64,000 nt of DNA, from NCBI GenBank assembly GCA_045627525.1, contig JAZQNW010000002.1:102304-166303 (forward strand). Direction: 5' to 3'. Shown piece after piece: positions 61,001 through 64,000 of the stretch. A program made the position numbers and the translations under genes. The first letter of the stretch is position 1. The number at the start of each line of letters is the position of its first letter. The DNA is from Bacilli bacterium. GTDB taxonomy: Bacteria > Bacillota_I > Bacilli_A > RF39 > UBA660. The notes below the pieces were generated by a model. The model did no database searches, was not told the origin of the DNA, and was given only the letters and a program-made list of their open reading frames with translations.

Positions 61001-61774
61001 TTATTTATAGAAAAACCCTACAAAATTTTGACCTTTTTTATTTATTTTTCCATTATAAGCAGCTATATGTGAATAAAAGTAATCATCTGTTACTGTATCT
61101 CTGTTACTAAATTCTATATTTTTTATTCCTATCTTATTTAACTGATTGGTTATTGCTTGTACCATATCGATATAGTAATTATTGTTATTTTCGACTATAC
61201 AATTTTTCCAGACTTCTTTATTTGTTGCCCAAAGAGGATACTTATCATATATATATGTTTTTTTTGTAGCACAACTTCCTATATAAACATATATATCATT
61301 TAAATTACTATTATATTCTTTTTGTAAAGATTTTATTGTATCTATTGGTAACTTTCTATTAATATATACTGCTCCACAATGGGATAGGGCTGTTACACCA
61401 AGCTTTCTATCTTCAGCTATTAGAATTGGGCAATCTGCCATTTGGTGACCGACTATAATTCCTTTATGCTTTTGTTCTAAAATTATAATATCTGATGGTA
61501 TTTTTTCATTCCAATAATCTATTTCTTTAATTTTGTCTGGATCTAATACGTAATATGTTCCATCAGGATATTCACTGTCGCTTTTACTATTTTTTTGAAA
61601 TGATTGTACTATTTTATTTCCATCAATATTATACTTTTTTCCTAAATTATTTCGACATTCTTTAAATATACTTTTAATTTCTTGGGTAGTCATAGTTTTG
61701 GGATAAAAAACGGCATTTTTACTAAAAATACCATCTTTTATTCCAGTTTCTATTATTGTTATTTTACTTTTCAT
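61001..61774 (-). CDS. PgeF/YlmD family (laccase-domain) protein
   Basis: ADCPIL, HCG, YIG, FYSH motifs. Confidence 0.75.
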   Translation of the reverse strand: MKSKITIIETGIKDGIFSKNAVFYPKTMTTQEIKSIFKECRNNLGKKYNIDGNKIVQSFQKNSKSDSEYPDGTYYVLDPDKIKEIDYWNEKIPSDIIILEQKHKGIIVGHQMADCPILIAEDRKLGVTALSHCGAVYINRKLPIDTIKSLQKEYNSNLNDIYVYIGSCATKKTYIYDKYPLWATNKEVWKNCIVENNNNYYIDMVQAITNQLNKIGIKNIEFSNRDTVTDDYFYSHIAAYNGKINKKGQNFVGFFYK

Positions 61775-62874
61775 TAAACGTTAAATCTAAAATGGCAAAT
61801 ATCTCCATCTTGCATTAAATAATCTTTACCCTCTAGTCTTGCCTTCCCTGATTCTTTTACTTTTAATTCACTACCGCATTCAATTAAATCTGTATATGAT
61901 ATTACTTCTGCTCTTATAAAGCCTTTTTCAAAGTCAGTATGAATAATACCTGCACATTCTTTAGCATTCATTCCCTTTTTAAAAGTCCATGCTCTTACTT
62001 CATCTTTTCCTACTGTAAAATATGTAGCTAGACCAAGTATATCATATGTTGCTGTTATCAATTTATCAAGGCCAGAATTATCTAAGCCTAATCCCTCTAA
62101 CATTTCTTCTTTATCTTCTTTTGATAATTCACTTAATTCTTCTTCTACTTTAGCACATAAGCTTACTACTTTAGCATTTTCTTTTGATGCATATTCTTTT
62201 ACTAATTTTACATATTCATTATCTGGATTTCCTAATTCTGATTCTTTGATATTTGCTAAATATATTATTGGTTTTAATGTCAAAAAGCTATATGATTTAA
62301 TTATTTTCTTTTCTTCACTTGTTAAATTTATTCTACGTAATGGTATATTTTCTTCTAGGGCTTTCTTTGACTTTTCTAAAATTTCCACTTCTAATAGATC
62401 ATCTTTATTTTTTGTTGTTCTTGCTTTTTTTGCTACTTTTTCTAAACGATTATTTATTATATCTAAATCTGATATTGCTAACTCTAAATTTATTGTTTCT
62501 ATATCACGAATTGGATCAATATTACCATCTACATGTATAATTTTCCCATCATCAAAACAACGGACAACTTCAACTATTGCATCTACTTCTCTAATGTGTG
62601 ATAAAAATTTATTACCTAGTCCCTCACCTTTTGATGCTCCTTTTACTAGTCCAGCTATATCAGTAAATTCATAAGCTGTTGGGATAAATCTATTAGGATC
62701 GTACATTTCTTTTAACTTATCCATTCTTTTATCTGGTACGGTTACAACACCTACATTTGGTTCTATTGTTGCAAATGGATAATTTTCAGCTAATATTTTT
62801 TGATTAGTTATAGCATTAAATAGTGTTGATTTTCCAACATTTGGTAAACCAACTATTCCAGCTGTCAAACTCAT
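61774..62874 (-). CDS. ychF: Redox-regulated ATPase YchF
   Basis: GLPNVGKSTLFNA, DIAGLVKGAS, HTDFEKGFIRAE, FRFNV. Confidence 0.97.
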   Translation of the reverse strand: MSLTAGIVGLPNVGKSTLFNAITNQKILAENYPFATIEPNVGVVTVPDKRMDKLKEMYDPNRFIPTAYEFTDIAGLVKGASKGEGLGNKFLSHIREVDAIVEVVRCFDDGKIIHVDGNIDPIRDIETINLELAISDLDIINNRLEKVAKKARTTKNKDDLLEVEILEKSKKALEENIPLRRINLTSEEKKIIKSYSFLTLKPIIYLANIKESELGNPDNEYVKLVKEYASKENAKVVSLCAKVEEELSELSKEDKEEMLEGLGLDNSGLDKLITATYDILGLATYFTVGKDEVRAWTFKKGMNAKECAGIIHTDFEKGFIRAEVISYTDLIECGSELKVKESGKARLEGKDYLMQDGDICHFRFNV

Positions 62875-62951
62875 ATATATCTCCTCTTTTCTCTGTAAAA
62901 TATTATAATTTCTTTTTACTATTTAAGCAATAGAAAACACCTTTTCAGGTG

Positions 62952-64000
62952 TTAAATTGTTGGAAAAACTCCAGGGCCTATTGGAAGACCTGTTATATAC
63001 CAACATACTATTAATAAAATCCAACTTGCAGAAATTATTAACAAATATGGTGTTATTAATTTAAGTGATTTTTTAATACCATATGGTCTTCTAGTATTTA
63101 AATTATATATATTTAAATAGCCGATATAAATAACAAATGCTGCTAATAATGGTGTATATCCATTTGTCATTGAATCACCTGCTCTCATTACTATTTGAGC
63201 AAATTCAGCAGATATGTTAGATTGTAAAAACATTGGTACTATTACTGGAGAAAATATAATCCATTTTGTTGAAGTTCCAGTTAATACAAAATTAGATAAA
63301 GCAATCAAAACCATACTTATTATTATTAATGGTAAGCCTGTAAATTCTAATATACTTAGTAAATTAGCTAACCATGCTGTAATAACTGTTCCGATATTTG
63401 TTTTTTTAAATATTGCTATGAACTGAGCTACAACAAACATCAAAATAAATATATTTCCTAATTTAGAGAAGGCTTGCTCTGTCCTTTTAAACATTGCCTT
63501 ATCATTTTTTATAGTATGGGCTCCAAAACCATATGCTAATCCAGTTAATGTCAAGAATATAGCAACCATATAAGTAAATCCATCTTGAAAATAAGATTTT
63601 TCTCCAAATAATTGATTTAGATATGTTGTTTCATTTAAATCTAATAAAACTCCAGATTTTGGTAAACCAGGTATTATCATATATGCAAAAAGTAATAAAA
63701 TTATTATTCCTACGATTAGAGCTCTTTTTAAACCTGCTTTTTCATTTTTATCTCGTTGGATTTCTTCTTGTTCAATTTCTTCTAGATCTAATATTTTATA
63801 TTGTTCAGTTGGTGATTCCTCATCATCAATTTTATATTTTCCTATTTTTGGAGCTATCATTTTTTCAATTACGATAGTACCTATTATTGATAGTGCAATT
63901 GTTGCTACTATTATGAAAATTAAATTTGAGGATAGTGCAATATGAGCATTTTCATCGATTAATTTTGCTGCACTTTCTGTATAACCTATTAATGAAACTT
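62952..64000 (-). CDS. AbgT family transporter (5' part beyond the window)
   Basis: Frame open to the window edge; AQF, KW..FSP.IVPMF, R.GDS.TN..TP, GLPIGPG. Confidence 0.82.
   Translation of the reverse strand, partial: VSLIGYTESAAKLIDENAHIALSSNLIFIIVATIALSIIGTIVIEKMIAPKIGKYKIDDEESPTEQYKILDLEEIEQEEIQRDKNEKAGLKRALIVGIIILLLFAYMIIPGLPKSGVLLDLNETTYLNQLFGEKSYFQDGFTYMVAIFLTLTGLAYGFGAHTIKNDKAMFKRTEQAFSKLGNIFILMFVVAQFIAIFKKTNIGTVITAWLANLLSILEFTGLPLIIISMVLIALSNFVLTGTSTKWIIFSPVIVPMFLQSNISAEFAQIVMRAGDSMTNGYTPLLAAFVIYIGYLNIYNLNTRRPYGIKKSLKLITPYLLIISASWILLIVCWYITGLPIGPGVFPTI

Noticed and set aside
425-63877. Numerous + strand ORFs overlapping minus-strand genes (e.g. 3485-4048, 39194-39682, 42709-43182, 62246-62674) and alternate-frame 41138-41335
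   Set aside because: Antisense or alternate-frame artefacts of well-supported genes
1-64000. tRNA/rRNA genes, transposases, integrases, prophage genes
   Set aside because: No GC-rich structured RNA gene or recombinase/phage protein motif recognised by eye; tRNAscan-SE and HMM searches would confirm

Overview
Very AT-rich chromosomal segment of a low-GC Bacillota bacterium. Gene order is Bacilli-like, with peptidoglycan and sporulation genes present; an RF39-like gut lineage is my inference. Almost all genes are on the minus strand. The right half (31-64 kb) is core genome: abgT, ychF, rpsF-ssb-rpsR, DHH phosphodiesterase, rplI, dnaB, walJ, rlmH, ung, pta, PBP, argS, rpoE, prfA-prmC-spoIIR, fba, murA, rpmE, rpiB, spoIIQ-like, mbl, tagO, a complete agr quorum-sensing system (with an unannotated 40-aa AgrD), csp, hpf and secA. 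The left end carries prfB (programmed +1 frameshift), two yitT genes and ftsEX. About 27 kb of accessory genes lie between secA and prfB, which are adjacent in Bacillus subtilis. Main finding: four extra, synonymously diverged copies of the last 45 nt of secA (xCGSGKKYKxCCGK-stop) separate 1-3 kb integrase-free cargo cassettes. Three of the four cassettes carry their own ~12-bp repeat variant at both ends. This looks like an integron-like tandem array of cassettes accreted site-specifically at the secA SEC-C tail.
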